Origin: Candidatus Dormiibacterota bacterium
GTDB lineage: Bacteria > Chloroflexota > Dormibacteria > Aeolococcales > Aeolococcaceae
DNA length: 64,000 nucleotides
Direction: 5' to 3'
Assembly: GCA_019245575.1 (NCBI GenBank)
Contig: JAFARE010000044.1
Span: 25,090-89,089 of the forward strand
A model generated the notes under the pieces. That model was not told the DNA's origin and searched no databases. It was given only the letters and a program-made list of their open reading frames with translations. Made by a program: the position numbers and the translations under genes. Positions 26,843-36,197 of this stretch are shown here, piece by piece (the stretch's first letter is position 1; the number at the start of each line of letters is the position of its first letter).

Positions 26843-27606
26843 TCGCGCCCCGCGAGGCGGGCGGAGGCGTCCAGCGCGCGGCCTGCACGGCGCGCCAGCT
26901 CCGCGGCCGCCGCAACCAGCGTCGCGTTGCTCGCAGCGATGCTCCCGTCGGGCATGACCAGCGTGTCCTCGAAACCGACGCGCACGTCGTGGCCGCGCTC
27001 CATGGCTGCGACGATCACGGTCCACGCGGTGATGTCTCCCCCGTGGTGCAGGCGCGGCGTCTCGGCCAAGCCATCGTCCAGGATGGCATCGATCGCACCC
27101 GCGAGCTGCAGCGCTTCCGCCGGGCTCTGCGCCGACTCCACCTCGACCAACACGCGAACGCACGCGGTGTCGATGCCCTCGTCGACGAGCAGGCGCGCAT
27201 CGGCCAGCGACCACACGCCGGCTTCGACACCGACCCCGCGCGCATTGAGCAGCTCGATCATCTGCAGCGCGCCCTCCTCACCGAGGTTGACCGATGCCAC
27301 GTCGGGCAGCGCGGTCCAGGCGCGCACCGCTGCCAGGCGCAGCTCCGCGTCGGGCACGATCCACGCCGCCGTCGTCACCCCGATCTGCACACCGGGGCAC
27401 GCGGCGCGTATCGCCTCGACTGCGCGACCCACGTCCGCGGCCGCAAGTGTCTCTCGCGCGCTCGCGTCGCGTGGGTGCACGTGCACACTCGCGGCGCCGG
27501 CGCGCACGCATGCGAGGGCGTCGTCGGCGATCGCCGCGGCCGTGACCGGCACGCCGGCGTGCTCGGCTCGAGACCGCGCGCCGTTGAGGCAGGCCTGGAT
27601 CAGCAC
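26839..27606 (-). CDS. 3-keto-5-aminohexanoate cleavage enzyme-family (BKACE/DUF849) protein
   Basis: (V/M)LIQACLNGARSRAEHAGVPVTAAAIADDALACVRAGAASVHVHPRD... is the typical BKACE N-terminus. 255 aa, GTG start at 27606. Confidence 0.8.
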   Translation of the reverse strand: MLIQACLNGARSRAEHAGVPVTAAAIADDALACVRAGAASVHVHPRDASARETLAAADVGRAVEAIRAACPGVQIGVTTAAWIVPDAELRLAAVRAWTALPDVASVNLGEEGALQMIELLNARGVGVEAGVWSLADARLLVDEGIDTACVRVLVEVESAQSPAEALQLAGAIDAILDDGLAETPRLHHGGDITAWTVIVAAMERGHDVRVGFEDTLVMPDGSIAASNATLVAAAAELARRAGRALDASARLAGRD

Positions 27607-27623
27607 GCCGGAGATAATGCCGT

Positions 27624-28103
27624 GTGATGGACTTCGACGTCGTCATCGAGATCCCGCGCGGCAGCCGCAACAAGTACACGGTCGACCATGCGACCGGCGC
27701 CGTCATGTTGGAGCGCACGATGTGGACGGCGAGCCGGTATCCCATCGACTACGGCTTCATCCCCGGGACACTCGGCCAGGACGGCGATCCGATGGACGCA
27801 CTGGTCATCCTCGACGAGCCGGCGTTCCCCGGCTGCCATGTGCGCTGCCGCGCCGTCGCGATGCTGCACATGGAGGACCAGGCGGGCGGTGACGACAAGA
27901 TTCTGGCCGTGCCAACCTGGGACCGCGCCCGGCCCTGGGACGGCGTGCGCGACATCCCCCGCACCACGCGCGAGGAGATCGAGCACTTCTTCGAGGTGTA
28001 CAAGGACCTTGACCCCGGCAGCTTCAGCCGGGTGCGCGGATGGCGAGGCCGCACGGCGGCGGAACGCGCGCTCGAGCAGGCGTTCAAGCGCCACGGCCGC
28101 TGA
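27624..28103 (+). CDS. ppa: inorganic pyrophosphatase (family I)
   Basis: MDFDVVIEIPRGSRNKYTVDH...YPIDYGFIPGTLGQDGDPMDALVI...GGDDKILAVP. The likely start is ATG 27627; the track starts at GTG 27624. Confidence 0.93.
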   Translation: MMDFDVVIEIPRGSRNKYTVDHATGAVMLERTMWTASRYPIDYGFIPGTLGQDGDPMDALVILDEPAFPGCHVRCRAVAMLHMEDQAGGDDKILAVPTWDRARPWDGVRDIPRTTREEIEHFFEVYKDLDPGSFSRVRGWRGRTAAERALEQAFKRHGR

Positions 28104-28105
28104 AT

Positions 28106-28510
28106 CTAGGCGGGCAGTTCCTCGCTGATCAGGCGCAGGGTCGTCGCGGTCAGGTCCGCCGGCGTTGTGTGCGCCTTCACCAGGAACTCGCGCGCCCCCA
28201 GGCGAAGGCTCTGCGCCACCAGCTGCGGCTCGCTGTAGTTGGACAGCACCACAACGGGAATCGCCGCGGTAGCGGCGTGCGCGCGCAGCCGCTCCAGCAC
28301 CTCGAGGCCACCGATGCCGGGCAGGCCGAGGTCCAAGAAGATGACGTCCGGCGACTCCTCCAGCGCCAGCGCCAACGCGTCCTCGCCGCAGCGCGCGGTG
28401 ATGACGCTGTAGCCGTGCGCGATGAGATAGATGCGGTACATGTCGGTGAGCTGGTCGTCGTCGTCGACCAGCAGCACGCGGAGGGTGCCCGTCACCTCAG
28501 CGGTTGCCAC
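28106..28510 (-). CDS. stand-alone receiver (CheY-like) response regulator
   Basis: LRVLLVDDDDQLTDMYRIYLIAHGYSVITARCGEDALALA...VIFLDLGLPGIGGLEVLERLR...VVVLSNY. Its start overlaps the 3' end of the upstream kinase gene by 14 nt. Confidence 0.88.
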   Translation of the reverse strand: MATAEVTGTLRVLLVDDDDQLTDMYRIYLIAHGYSVITARCGEDALALALEESPDVIFLDLGLPGIGGLEVLERLRAHAATAAIPVVVLSNYSEPQLVAQSLRLGAREFLVKAHTTPADLTATTLRLISEELPA

Positions 28511-30275
28511 CGGCCGCCTCCCTCAGGCTGCGCGGCAGCCGCAGTGTGAACGTGCTCCCCTCACCCGGGCGGGACTCCACGAAGATGTCGCCACCCTGCA
28601 GCAGCGCGAGGTTGCGCGAGAGGTACAGGCCCAACCCGGTTCCCATCACCTCGGACGCAGCGCCGGTGTCGATGCGGCTGAACGGCTGGAACAGCTTCGT
28701 CAGGTCGGATTCGGCGATGCCAACACCCTCGTCGGTGACCGCGATCGCGACCCAGCCGGGCTCCTCGCTCACCTGCACACGCACATCGCCGCCGTCGGGC
28801 GAGTACTTGATGGCGTTGGACACCAGGTTGCCCACGATCGTCTCCACCTTCTCGGCGTCTGCCCGCACCATCACCTCCCCGGTCGCGCCCATGATCACGC
28901 GCCGCGGACGCGGGCCGGTGCCGTCGACCGAATGCACCACATCCGCCACAAGCTGATCCACGCGCACCTCGGCGAGGTCAGGCGGAGGCGACGCATCCTC
29001 CATGCGGCTGGCGGTGAGCAGCCGGTCCACCAGGTCGTTCATCTGGGTCATGCGCGACGACAGCAGCGGCACGATGTTCGCCGCCGCGGCAGGCAGCTCC
29101 CCCAGGGTCTGGTCCTCGAGCATCGACAGATATCCCGTCACCAGGGTGATCGGCGTGCGCAACTCGTGTGATGCGAGCTGCAGGAACTCCGACTTCTGCC
29201 GCTCCAGGTCGGCCATGCGGCTCGCGTGCGCCTGCAGCCGCGTGCGCTCATCCGACTCCAGGCGGCGCACGCGCTGCTGCGCTTCAAACCCCTGCCACAC
29301 CAGCGCCGACGCGCGCGCCGCCAGCCGCATGATCCACTCGTCCTGCGTGGTGAACCCGCGGCGTGAGTCGTACGCGGCCAGCACGCCGATGGGCCCTGCC
29401 GCGGTGCGCCAGGGCACGGCCAGCTGGTCGCGCAGCCCGAGCTCCCGCAGCAGACCGTCCATCACCGGACCCGCCCCGCCCTCGGCGACCGTGTGACGCA
29501 GCGCGGCTCCCGCGTACACGAGCTCGGCCAGCGCGTCGTCGCCCGGAGCGGGCACGCGCAGCCGCATCTTCGCCAGCGCCACCTGGGTGAAGCCGAATGC
29601 CCGCGGATGCGGTTCGAGCCTGCCGTCGGCGATGTGCCAGAACACGGCGCGGTGGGCCTCGACCAGGCCTGCGACCGTCTCGCTCATCTTGCCGAAGAAA
29701 TCAGCGGCGTCCTCGCTGGTGGCCACGAACTGCGTCATCAGCAGCAGCGTCTCCAGCCCTCGCGCCTGCGCCCGGCGCACGTCCTCCACGAGCCGCGCGT
29801 TGCGCAGCGCGAGCACGGCGAGGATGCCGAGCTGCTGCATCTCGTCGAGCTCCGTCATCTCGAACCGCTGGTCGGCCCTGCGGCTGAAGATGAGCACGCC
29901 GCCCACGCGGGTGCCCAGCGGCAGCGGGACGATGGCGGTGTGATGCATCTCCTCCAACGACGCCTGCAGCTGCGGATCGATGCGGCCGCCCTCGGCGAGG
30001 CTGCCGCCGGTGACGATGCGTCTCGTCTCCACCGCGCTGCGCAGCAGCGGCTGGTCGTCGAGGTACGTCATGGGAAACTCGCGCCCGATGAATGCCGGCG
30101 CCCCGCCCGGCTGATAGCTCGCCTCGACGCGCAGCACGTCCTGGTCAAGGCTCGTCAGCGTGCAGCGGTCGGCGCCCGTGTGCTGGCACGCGACCGCCAC
30201 CAGTCGAAGCATCACCTCGTGCGGGTCCGCACCCGACACGAGGTCGAGGCCGATGGTGCTGACGACGTCCTTCAC
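28497..30275 (-). CDS. GAF-domain sensor histidine kinase (GAF-GAF-HisKA-HATPase_c), cytoplasmic
   Basis: H-box ERQKSEFLQLASHELRTPITLVTGYLSML. ATP-binding boxes LVSNAIKYSPDGG, TDEGVGIA and GTGLGLYLSRNL. The two N-terminal GAF-like regions are ...ADRCTLTSLDQDVLRVEASY... and ...AVFWHIADGRLEPH.... Confidence 0.9.
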   Translation of the reverse strand: MKDVVSTIGLDLVSGADPHEVMLRLVAVACQHTGADRCTLTSLDQDVLRVEASYQPGGAPAFIGREFPMTYLDDQPLLRSAVETRRIVTGGSLAEGGRIDPQLQASLEEMHHTAIVPLPLGTRVGGVLIFSRRADQRFEMTELDEMQQLGILAVLALRNARLVEDVRRAQARGLETLLLMTQFVATSEDAADFFGKMSETVAGLVEAHRAVFWHIADGRLEPHPRAFGFTQVALAKMRLRVPAPGDDALAELVYAGAALRHTVAEGGAGPVMDGLLRELGLRDQLAVPWRTAAGPIGVLAAYDSRRGFTTQDEWIMRLAARASALVWQGFEAQQRVRRLESDERTRLQAHASRMADLERQKSEFLQLASHELRTPITLVTGYLSMLEDQTLGELPAAAANIVPLLSSRMTQMNDLVDRLLTASRMEDASPPPDLAEVRVDQLVADVVHSVDGTGPRPRRVIMGATGEVMVRADAEKVETIVGNLVSNAIKYSPDGGDVRVQVSEEPGWVAIAVTDEGVGIAESDLTKLFQPFSRIDTGAASEVMGTGLGLYLSRNLALLQGGDIFVESRPGEGSTFTLRLPRSLREAAGGNR

Positions 30276-30297
30276 GGCTGTGCTCGCTGCGACGTCG

Positions 30298-31347
30298 TCA
30301 GCGCGCGCCGACGCGCGACAGCTCGGCCGCGCCGGGACAGAGCCGTTCGTACGGAATCGAGACGAGCGGTTCGCGCGAGGAGTTGGCGGTCTCGTGCAGG
30401 TCGGGCGGGGCCTCGTCGACGTAGAGCAGCCCGGTGAGCACCTCGCCCCGCGCCAGCGCCTCCTGCAGGTAGGCGGTCACCGCGGCGCGGTCTGTGGGGT
30501 CGTATCCCGCCGGCACGGAGCGGAAGCGAACCGTCGCGCCGTCGTGCATCACCACCCACGCGGCGCCGTTCTCCGGGATCGTTGCCTCGATCGCCGGCTC
30601 GGGCGGCACGAAGTCAGTCTCCGTGACCCTGACCTCGTGCTGCCGGGTGAAGAGGTAGCTCTTGGTGGATCCCTCGTGGTCGTTGAACGTCACGCACGGA
30701 GAGATGACGTCCACCACCGCGAGACCGCGGTGCGCGAGCGCGGACTTGAGAATCGGCACCAGCTGCTCCTTGTCTCCGGAGAAGCTGCGCGCCAGGAAGG
30801 TCGCGCCCGCGCTCAGCCCCAGCAGCATCGCGTCGATGGGCGCCAGCCGGTTGCTGGCGCCACCCTTCGCCGTCGAACCCACGTCTGCCGAGGCTGAGAA
30901 CTGGCCCTTGGTGAGGCCATAGACGCCGTTGTTCTCCAGCACGTACAGCATGCGCAGGTTGCGCCGCATCAGGTGGCCGAGATGCCCCAGCCCGATGGAC
31001 AGCGAGTCCCCGTCGCCGGAGATGCCGATGACCGTCAGGTCGCGGTTGGCCGCGCTGGCACCCGTGGCGATCGGCGGCATGCGACCGTGCGCGGAGTTGA
31101 ACCCGTGCGCGCCGCGCGCGAAGTACGCGGTGGTCTTGCCCGAGCAGCCGATGCCGCTCAGCTTGGCGATCATGTGCGGTGGGATCGCCAGCTCCCACAG
31201 CGCGTGGACCAGCGCGGCGGTGATGGAGTCGTGGCCGCAGCCGGCGCAGAGCGTGGACATCGCGCCCTCGTAGTCGCGCTGCGTCAGGCCCCGGCTGTTC
31301 TGCGCGGCCGCGGGGTGGGTCACGGAGGGCTTCACGATCGATGGCAC
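30298..31347 (-). CDS. korB: 2-oxoacid:ferredoxin oxidoreductase, beta (TPP-binding) subunit
   Basis: Start at GTG 31347, 1 nt after the korA stop (31351-31349). Sequence (V)PSIVKPSVTHP...LCAGCGHDSITAALVHAL...GIGCSGKTTAYF...GISGDGDSLSIGLGHL. The track ORF (to 31803) overlaps korA in another frame. Confidence 0.9.
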   Translation of the reverse strand: MPSIVKPSVTHPAAAQNSRGLTQRDYEGAMSTLCAGCGHDSITAALVHALWELAIPPHMIAKLSGIGCSGKTTAYFARGAHGFNSAHGRMPPIATGASAANRDLTVIGISGDGDSLSIGLGHLGHLMRRNLRMLYVLENNGVYGLTKGQFSASADVGSTAKGGASNRLAPIDAMLLGLSAGATFLARSFSGDKEQLVPILKSALAHRGLAVVDVISPCVTFNDHEGSTKSYLFTRQHEVRVTETDFVPPEPAIEATIPENGAAWVVMHDGATVRFRSVPAGYDPTDRAAVTAYLQEALARGEVLTGLLYVDEAPPDLHETANSSREPLVSIPYERLCPGAAELSRVGAR

Positions 31348-31348
31348 G

Positions 31349-33190
31349 TCAGGCTCCCAGCTGCGCCGTGATGCTGTCGACGACGTCGGCGGCGCTGAGC
31401 GGATAGCCGCCGTACACGAGCACGGAGCGCAGCCTGTCCTTCGGCACCGGCGTCTCCAGGACCAGCAGTGAGCGGAGCTGCGCGTCGCGGTTCTGCTCCA
31501 CAACGAACAGCAGGTCGTGCTTGTCGAGGAAATCCTCGACGGCGGGGCCGAACGGGAAGCCGCGCACCCGCAGAAAGTCGAGCGCGATGCCGCGCTGCTC
31601 GAGGATCTGCAGCGCCTCACGCACGGCGAGGTCGCAGCCGCCCACGGTGACGACCCCGGCGCGCGCCCCCTCGCGCAGCTCGATCGCCGGCTCGGGCATT
31701 GCGCGCGCAGCGGAGCGGTGCTTGTGCGCCAGGCGATCGACCACCGCCTGGTACTCGTCCGGCGTCTCCGTGTACGCGCCCTCGCGCGTGTGCCCCGAGC
31801 CACGCGTGAAGTACGCGCCCTTCTCGCTCACGCCGGGGAGTGTGCGCGGCGTCACGAAGTCCGCGTCCTCGTTGTCGTAGCGGTGGAAGACGCTGATGTC
31901 CTCCAGCTCATCCGCGCCCAGCACCCGGCCGCGGTCCGGCCGGTACGAGTCGTCCCAGGTGAGGGTCGGGGTAACCCAGTCGTTCATGCCGATGTCGAGG
32001 TCGGACAGCATGATCACCGGGGTCTGGAACCGCTCCGCCAGGTCGAACGCCTTGACGGCGAGCTCGAAGCACTCCGTCGGGTTGCACGGGAACAGGAGGA
32101 TGTGCTTGGTGTCACCGTGCGACGCGTACGCGCAGGCAAGGATGTCGCCCTGCTGCGTGCGCGTCGGCATGCCGGTGGACGGACCCACGCGCTGCACGTC
32201 GACGATCACCGCCGGGATCTCGGCGTAGTAGCCCATGCCGAGCAGCTCGTTCATCAGCGATATGCCCGGGCCCGACGTCGACGTGAACGCGCGCGCTCCC
32301 GCCCAGGAGGCCCCGAGCACGATCCCGATGGACGCCAGCTCGTCCTCCGCCTGCACAACGAGATAGTCGTTGCGCCCTGTTTCGGGGTCGCGCCGGTAGC
32401 GTTCGCAGAATCGCGTGAACGCATCCATCAGCGAGGTCGACGGTGTGATCGGGTACCACGCCGCGACGGTGGCGCCTGCGTACACGCAGCCCAGCGCAGC
32501 CGCGGTGTTGCCGTCGATCAGCATGAGGTCGTCGTACTTCTCCATGCGCTCGACGTGGCAGTCGATGGGGCACTCGAAATGCTCCAGCGCATAGTCGTAG
32601 CCCAGTCGCAGCGCGCGCTGATTCGACTCGCGCAGCTTCTCCTTGCCCGCGAAGCGCTCGGTGAGCAGGTCGCTGATGATCTCCATGTCGATGCCGAGGA
32701 CCGCGACGAGCGCTCCCGCATAGGCGATGTTCTTCATCAGGATGCGCTCGCGCGCTCCCCGGAACGCCTCGTTGACCATGCGTGCCAGGGGCACGCCGAG
32801 GTAGGTGACGTCGTTGCGCACCAGCAGCTGGTCGAGCGGCCAGCTCGAGTCGTACAGCAGGAAGCCGCCGGAGCGCACCTCGCGGATGTCCGCCGCATAC
32901 GTCTGCGCGTTCATCGCGACCATCACGTCGTACTCTCGCGCGCGGGCCACGAACCCCGTCTTGTTGACCCGGATCTCGTACCACGTCGGCAGGCCCTGGA
33001 TGTTGGAGGGAAACAGGTTCTTGCCGGAGACGGGAACACCCATGCGGAACATGGCCCGCATCAGCAGGTTGTTGGCGCTGGACGAGCCGGTCCCGTTGAC
33101 GTTGGCGAGCTTGACGGCGAAGTCGTTGACACGCGGTGCGACACCGTCCGCCGCGCCCCCGGCCTCCGTCCCCGGCAGCGTGACCGCCAT
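31349..33190 (-). CDS. korA: 2-oxoacid:ferredoxin oxidoreductase, alpha subunit
   Basis: Start at ATG 33190, overlapping the upstream stop (ATGA). Sequence MAVTLPGTEAGG...FAVKLANVNGTGSSSANNLLMRAMFRMGVPVSGKNLFPSNIQGLPTWYEIRV...AWYPITPSTSL. 613 aa. Confidence 0.9.
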   Translation of the reverse strand: MAVTLPGTEAGGAADGVAPRVNDFAVKLANVNGTGSSSANNLLMRAMFRMGVPVSGKNLFPSNIQGLPTWYEIRVNKTGFVARAREYDVMVAMNAQTYAADIREVRSGGFLLYDSSWPLDQLLVRNDVTYLGVPLARMVNEAFRGARERILMKNIAYAGALVAVLGIDMEIISDLLTERFAGKEKLRESNQRALRLGYDYALEHFECPIDCHVERMEKYDDLMLIDGNTAAALGCVYAGATVAAWYPITPSTSLMDAFTRFCERYRRDPETGRNDYLVVQAEDELASIGIVLGASWAGARAFTSTSGPGISLMNELLGMGYYAEIPAVIVDVQRVGPSTGMPTRTQQGDILACAYASHGDTKHILLFPCNPTECFELAVKAFDLAERFQTPVIMLSDLDIGMNDWVTPTLTWDDSYRPDRGRVLGADELEDISVFHRYDNEDADFVTPRTLPGVSEKGAYFTRGSGHTREGAYTETPDEYQAVVDRLAHKHRSAARAMPEPAIELREGARAGVVTVGGCDLAVREALQILEQRGIALDFLRVRGFPFGPAVEDFLDKHDLLFVVEQNRDAQLRSLLVLETPVPKDRLRSVLVYGGYPLSAADVVDSITAQLGA

Positions 33191-34995
33191 CAGGCCACCC
33201 CCGCCGGCTCTGCGGTCATGAGCGTGATCGGCAACGTGAGCTCGAACTTCTGCATGTCCCACGCAGCCGTGGGGCAGCGCTCCGCGCAGAGCCCACAGTG
33301 CACGCACACGTCCTCGTCCTTGACCATAACGCGGCCGGTTTGGGGCAGCGCCGCCGACACGAACAGGGCCTGCTCGGGGTTGGCCGCGGGCGCGGAGAGG
33401 CGGGTGCGGAGATCGTCCTCCTCACCCCCCGTGGTGATGGTGAGGCACTGCACGGGGCAGATGTCGATGCACGCGTCGCACTCGATGCAGAGCGGCGCGT
33501 TGAACACCGTCTGCACGTCGCAGTTGAGGCAGCGCTGCACCTCGCGCGCCGTCTGCTCGGCGGAGAACCCCAGCTCGACCTCGATGTTCAGCTTCTGGAA
33601 TCGCCGCGTCAGCTCGACGTGCGTCATCTGCTGCCGCGGCGACGGGTTGTAGTCGTTGTGGTAGCTCCACTCGGTGAGCCCCATCTTCTGGCTCACCAGG
33701 TTCATATGCTGCGGCGGGCGCTCCGTCAGCGGCATCCCGCTGCAGTGGTTGTTGATGGAGATCGCAGCCTGGTGCGCGTGCTCCACCGCCCAGATGATGT
33801 TCTTGGGGCCCCACGCGGAGTCGCCGCCGAAGAACACGCCGGGCAGCGACGACTGCATGGTCACGGGGTCCACCACCGGCATGTCCCACTCCCCCGCCTC
33901 CATGCCCAGGTCGCGCTCGATCCAGGGGAACGCGTTCTCCTGGCCGATGGCGAGGATCACGTCGTCGCAGGGGAAGAACACCGTTTCCAGCACCTTCGAG
34001 TGGCGCGCGCCCTCGTCCCACTCGAGGCGCTCGAACTCCATGCCCGTGAGCCGGCCATCCTCCACGACGAACCGCGTGGGTGAATGGTTGACCACGATGT
34101 GCACGCCCTCTTCCTCGGCGTCGTCGAGCTCCCAGGGCGACGCCTTGAAGTACGGGCGCGGCCGCCGCGCCATCACCTTGATGTCCGTGCCGCCGAGGCG
34201 AAGCGAGGAGCGGCAGCAGTCCATCGCCGTGTTGCCCACGCCGATGATCAGGACGTGCTCGCCGATCGACTCGACGTGCTCAAAGGCGATGGATGAAAGC
34301 CAGTCGATGCCGATGTGGATGCGGTCTGTATCGCGCCTCCCGGGCAGCTCGAGGTCCTTGCCGCGAGGTGCGCCGCTGCCCACGAAGATGGCGTCGTATC
34401 CCTCGCCCATCAGCGCGCGCAGACTCGTGACCGGCGTGTTGTACCGGATGTCCACGCCCATCCCGAGGATGACGTCGATCTCCTCGTCGAGCACCTCGGC
34501 GGGGAGACGAAATGCGGGAATGTTGGTGCGCATCAGGCCGCCGGGCTTGTCCAGCTGCTCGTACATCACGACCTCGTAGCCCAGTGGCAGCAGGTCGTTG
34601 GCCACGGCCAGTGAGGCGGGGCCGGCGCCGATGCACGCGATGCGCTTGCCGTTCTTGGCGGAGGGGATCCGCGGCATCCGCGCGCTCACATCGCCGCGCA
34701 GATCGGCGGCCACGCGCTTGAGCCGGCAGATGGCGACCGGTGTGCCGTCGACGCGCGTGCGCCGGCAGGCCGGCTCGCAGGGACGGTCGCAGGTGCGGCC
34801 CAGGATCGCGGGGAACACATTCGACTCGCGGTTGAGCATGTAGGCGTCGGCGTACCGACCCTGCGCGATGAGCCGAATGTATTCCGGGACATTGGTGTGA
34901 GCGGGGCACGCCCACTGGCAGTCCACGACCCGGTGAAAGTAGGTCGGGTCCGCCGTGTCGGTGGGTTTCAGGTTGCTGGCTCCATCCCGTCGCAT
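33190..34995 (-). CDS. GltD-like NAD(P)H-dependent FAD oxidoreductase fused to a C-terminal 2x[4Fe-4S] ferredoxin domain
   Basis: N-terminal Fe-S region CQWACPAHTNVPEYIRLIAQGRYADAYMLNRESNVFPAILGRTCDRPCEPAC. Dinucleotide fold KRIACIGAGPASLAVANDL. C-terminal region CLNCDVQ...CIECDACIDICPVQC...CVHCGLCAERCP. Confidence 0.85.
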   Translation of the reverse strand: MRRDGASNLKPTDTADPTYFHRVVDCQWACPAHTNVPEYIRLIAQGRYADAYMLNRESNVFPAILGRTCDRPCEPACRRTRVDGTPVAICRLKRVAADLRGDVSARMPRIPSAKNGKRIACIGAGPASLAVANDLLPLGYEVVMYEQLDKPGGLMRTNIPAFRLPAEVLDEEIDVILGMGVDIRYNTPVTSLRALMGEGYDAIFVGSGAPRGKDLELPGRRDTDRIHIGIDWLSSIAFEHVESIGEHVLIIGVGNTAMDCCRSSLRLGGTDIKVMARRPRPYFKASPWELDDAEEEGVHIVVNHSPTRFVVEDGRLTGMEFERLEWDEGARHSKVLETVFFPCDDVILAIGQENAFPWIERDLGMEAGEWDMPVVDPVTMQSSLPGVFFGGDSAWGPKNIIWAVEHAHQAAISINNHCSGMPLTERPPQHMNLVSQKMGLTEWSYHNDYNPSPRQQMTHVELTRRFQKLNIEVELGFSAEQTAREVQRCLNCDVQTVFNAPLCIECDACIDICPVQCLTITTGGEEDDLRTRLSAPAANPEQALFVSAALPQTGRVMVKDEDVCVHCGLCAERCPTAAWDMQKFELTLPITLMTAEPAGVA

Positions 34996-35035
34996 CGGCG
35001 AAAGACCTTGAAAAGCGATTCAATTGTGCCACGCC

Positions 35036-36178
35036 ATGCAGAACCCAGAGGTCGTCGTGGTGGGGCTCGGCGCGATGGGAGCGTTGACGCTCTGGCGGCT
35101 CGCCGCGCGGGGTGTGGCTGCCCTTGGCGTCGACCGTTTCGCGCCGCCGCACGACCGCGGCTCCTCGCACGGCGGGTCCCGGATCATTCGCACCGCGTAC
35201 TCCGAGGGCGCGTTCTACGTGCCGCTGCTGCAGGAGGCGTGGACCCTCTGGGACGAGCTGGAGCGGGCGTCGGGCACCCGGCTGATCCACCCCAGCGGGG
35301 CGCTGATGATCGGCGGCCCCGACAGCGACGTGGTGCGCGGAGCGCTGGAGAGCGCGCGCAGCCACGGGCTCGCCCACGAGCTGTTCGAGGCAGGCGCGGC
35401 TCGCGCGCGCTGGCCGCAGCACGTGCTCGGCGGCAACGAGGTCGCCCTCTTCGAGCCGCGCGCCGGCGCGCTGCTGCCCGAGGCCGCCGTGGGCGCCGCC
35501 CTGGATGCGGCCCGGGCCCGTGGCGCCGGGGTGCTCACCGGGCGCCGCGTCGCCGGGATCGAGTGCGGCGATCGCGAGGTCATGGTGGGCCTGGACGGCG
35601 GGGACACGCTCACCTGCCGCCACTGCGTGGTCGCTGCCGGTCCGTGGACCGGAGCGCTGCTCCCCGAGCTCTCCGCATCGCTCGAGGTGGAGCGCCAGGT
35701 GGTGGCATGGCTTCCGGTCGACGACCCGGCGATGTTCGGCCCGGAGCGGTTCCCCGTCTTCCTCCGCCAGCTGCCCGACGGCCGGTACCGCTACGGCATC
35801 CCCAGCCTGGACGGGGCCACGATCAAGGTGGCGGTGCACCACGAGGGGGCACGCACCGCGCCGGACGCGCTCCTTCGGGAGGCCGGCCCGTCGGACCTCG
35901 GGCCCGTCGTCGAGTTCGCCCGCACGGCGCTGCGCGGGGTCCGCCCCGAGATCGCCCGCTCGTCGGTCTGCATGTACACGAACACTCCGGACGAGCGGTT
36001 CATGCTCGGCGCCCTGCCCGGCCGGCCCGGGCTCACCGTGGTCGGCGGGTGCAGCGGACACAGCTTCAAGTTCTCGGCGATCCTCGGCGACGTCGCGGCC
36101 GACCTCGCCGTCGACGGGAGCACGCGCCGGGACGTGGCCGCGTTCGACCCAGCGCGCCTGGTCGGGGTGCCCCGGTAG
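35036..36178 (+). CDS. FAD-dependent monomeric sarcosine / N-methyltryptophan oxidase-like oxidoreductase
   Basis: MQNPEVVVVGLGAMGALTLWRLAARGVAALGVDRFAPPHDRGSSHGGSRIIRTAYSEG... plus C-terminal GGCSGHSFKF. Start at ATG 35036 (the track has TTG 35024). Confidence 0.82.
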   Translation: MQNPEVVVVGLGAMGALTLWRLAARGVAALGVDRFAPPHDRGSSHGGSRIIRTAYSEGAFYVPLLQEAWTLWDELERASGTRLIHPSGALMIGGPDSDVVRGALESARSHGLAHELFEAGAARARWPQHVLGGNEVALFEPRAGALLPEAAVGAALDAARARGAGVLTGRRVAGIECGDREVMVGLDGGDTLTCRHCVVAAGPWTGALLPELSASLEVERQVVAWLPVDDPAMFGPERFPVFLRQLPDGRYRYGIPSLDGATIKVAVHHEGARTAPDALLREAGPSDLGPVVEFARTALRGVRPEIARSSVCMYTNTPDERFMLGALPGRPGLTVVGGCSGHSFKFSAILGDVAADLAVDGSTRRDVAAFDPARLVGVPR

Positions 36179-36197
36179 ACCCGGGTAGCATCCGGCC

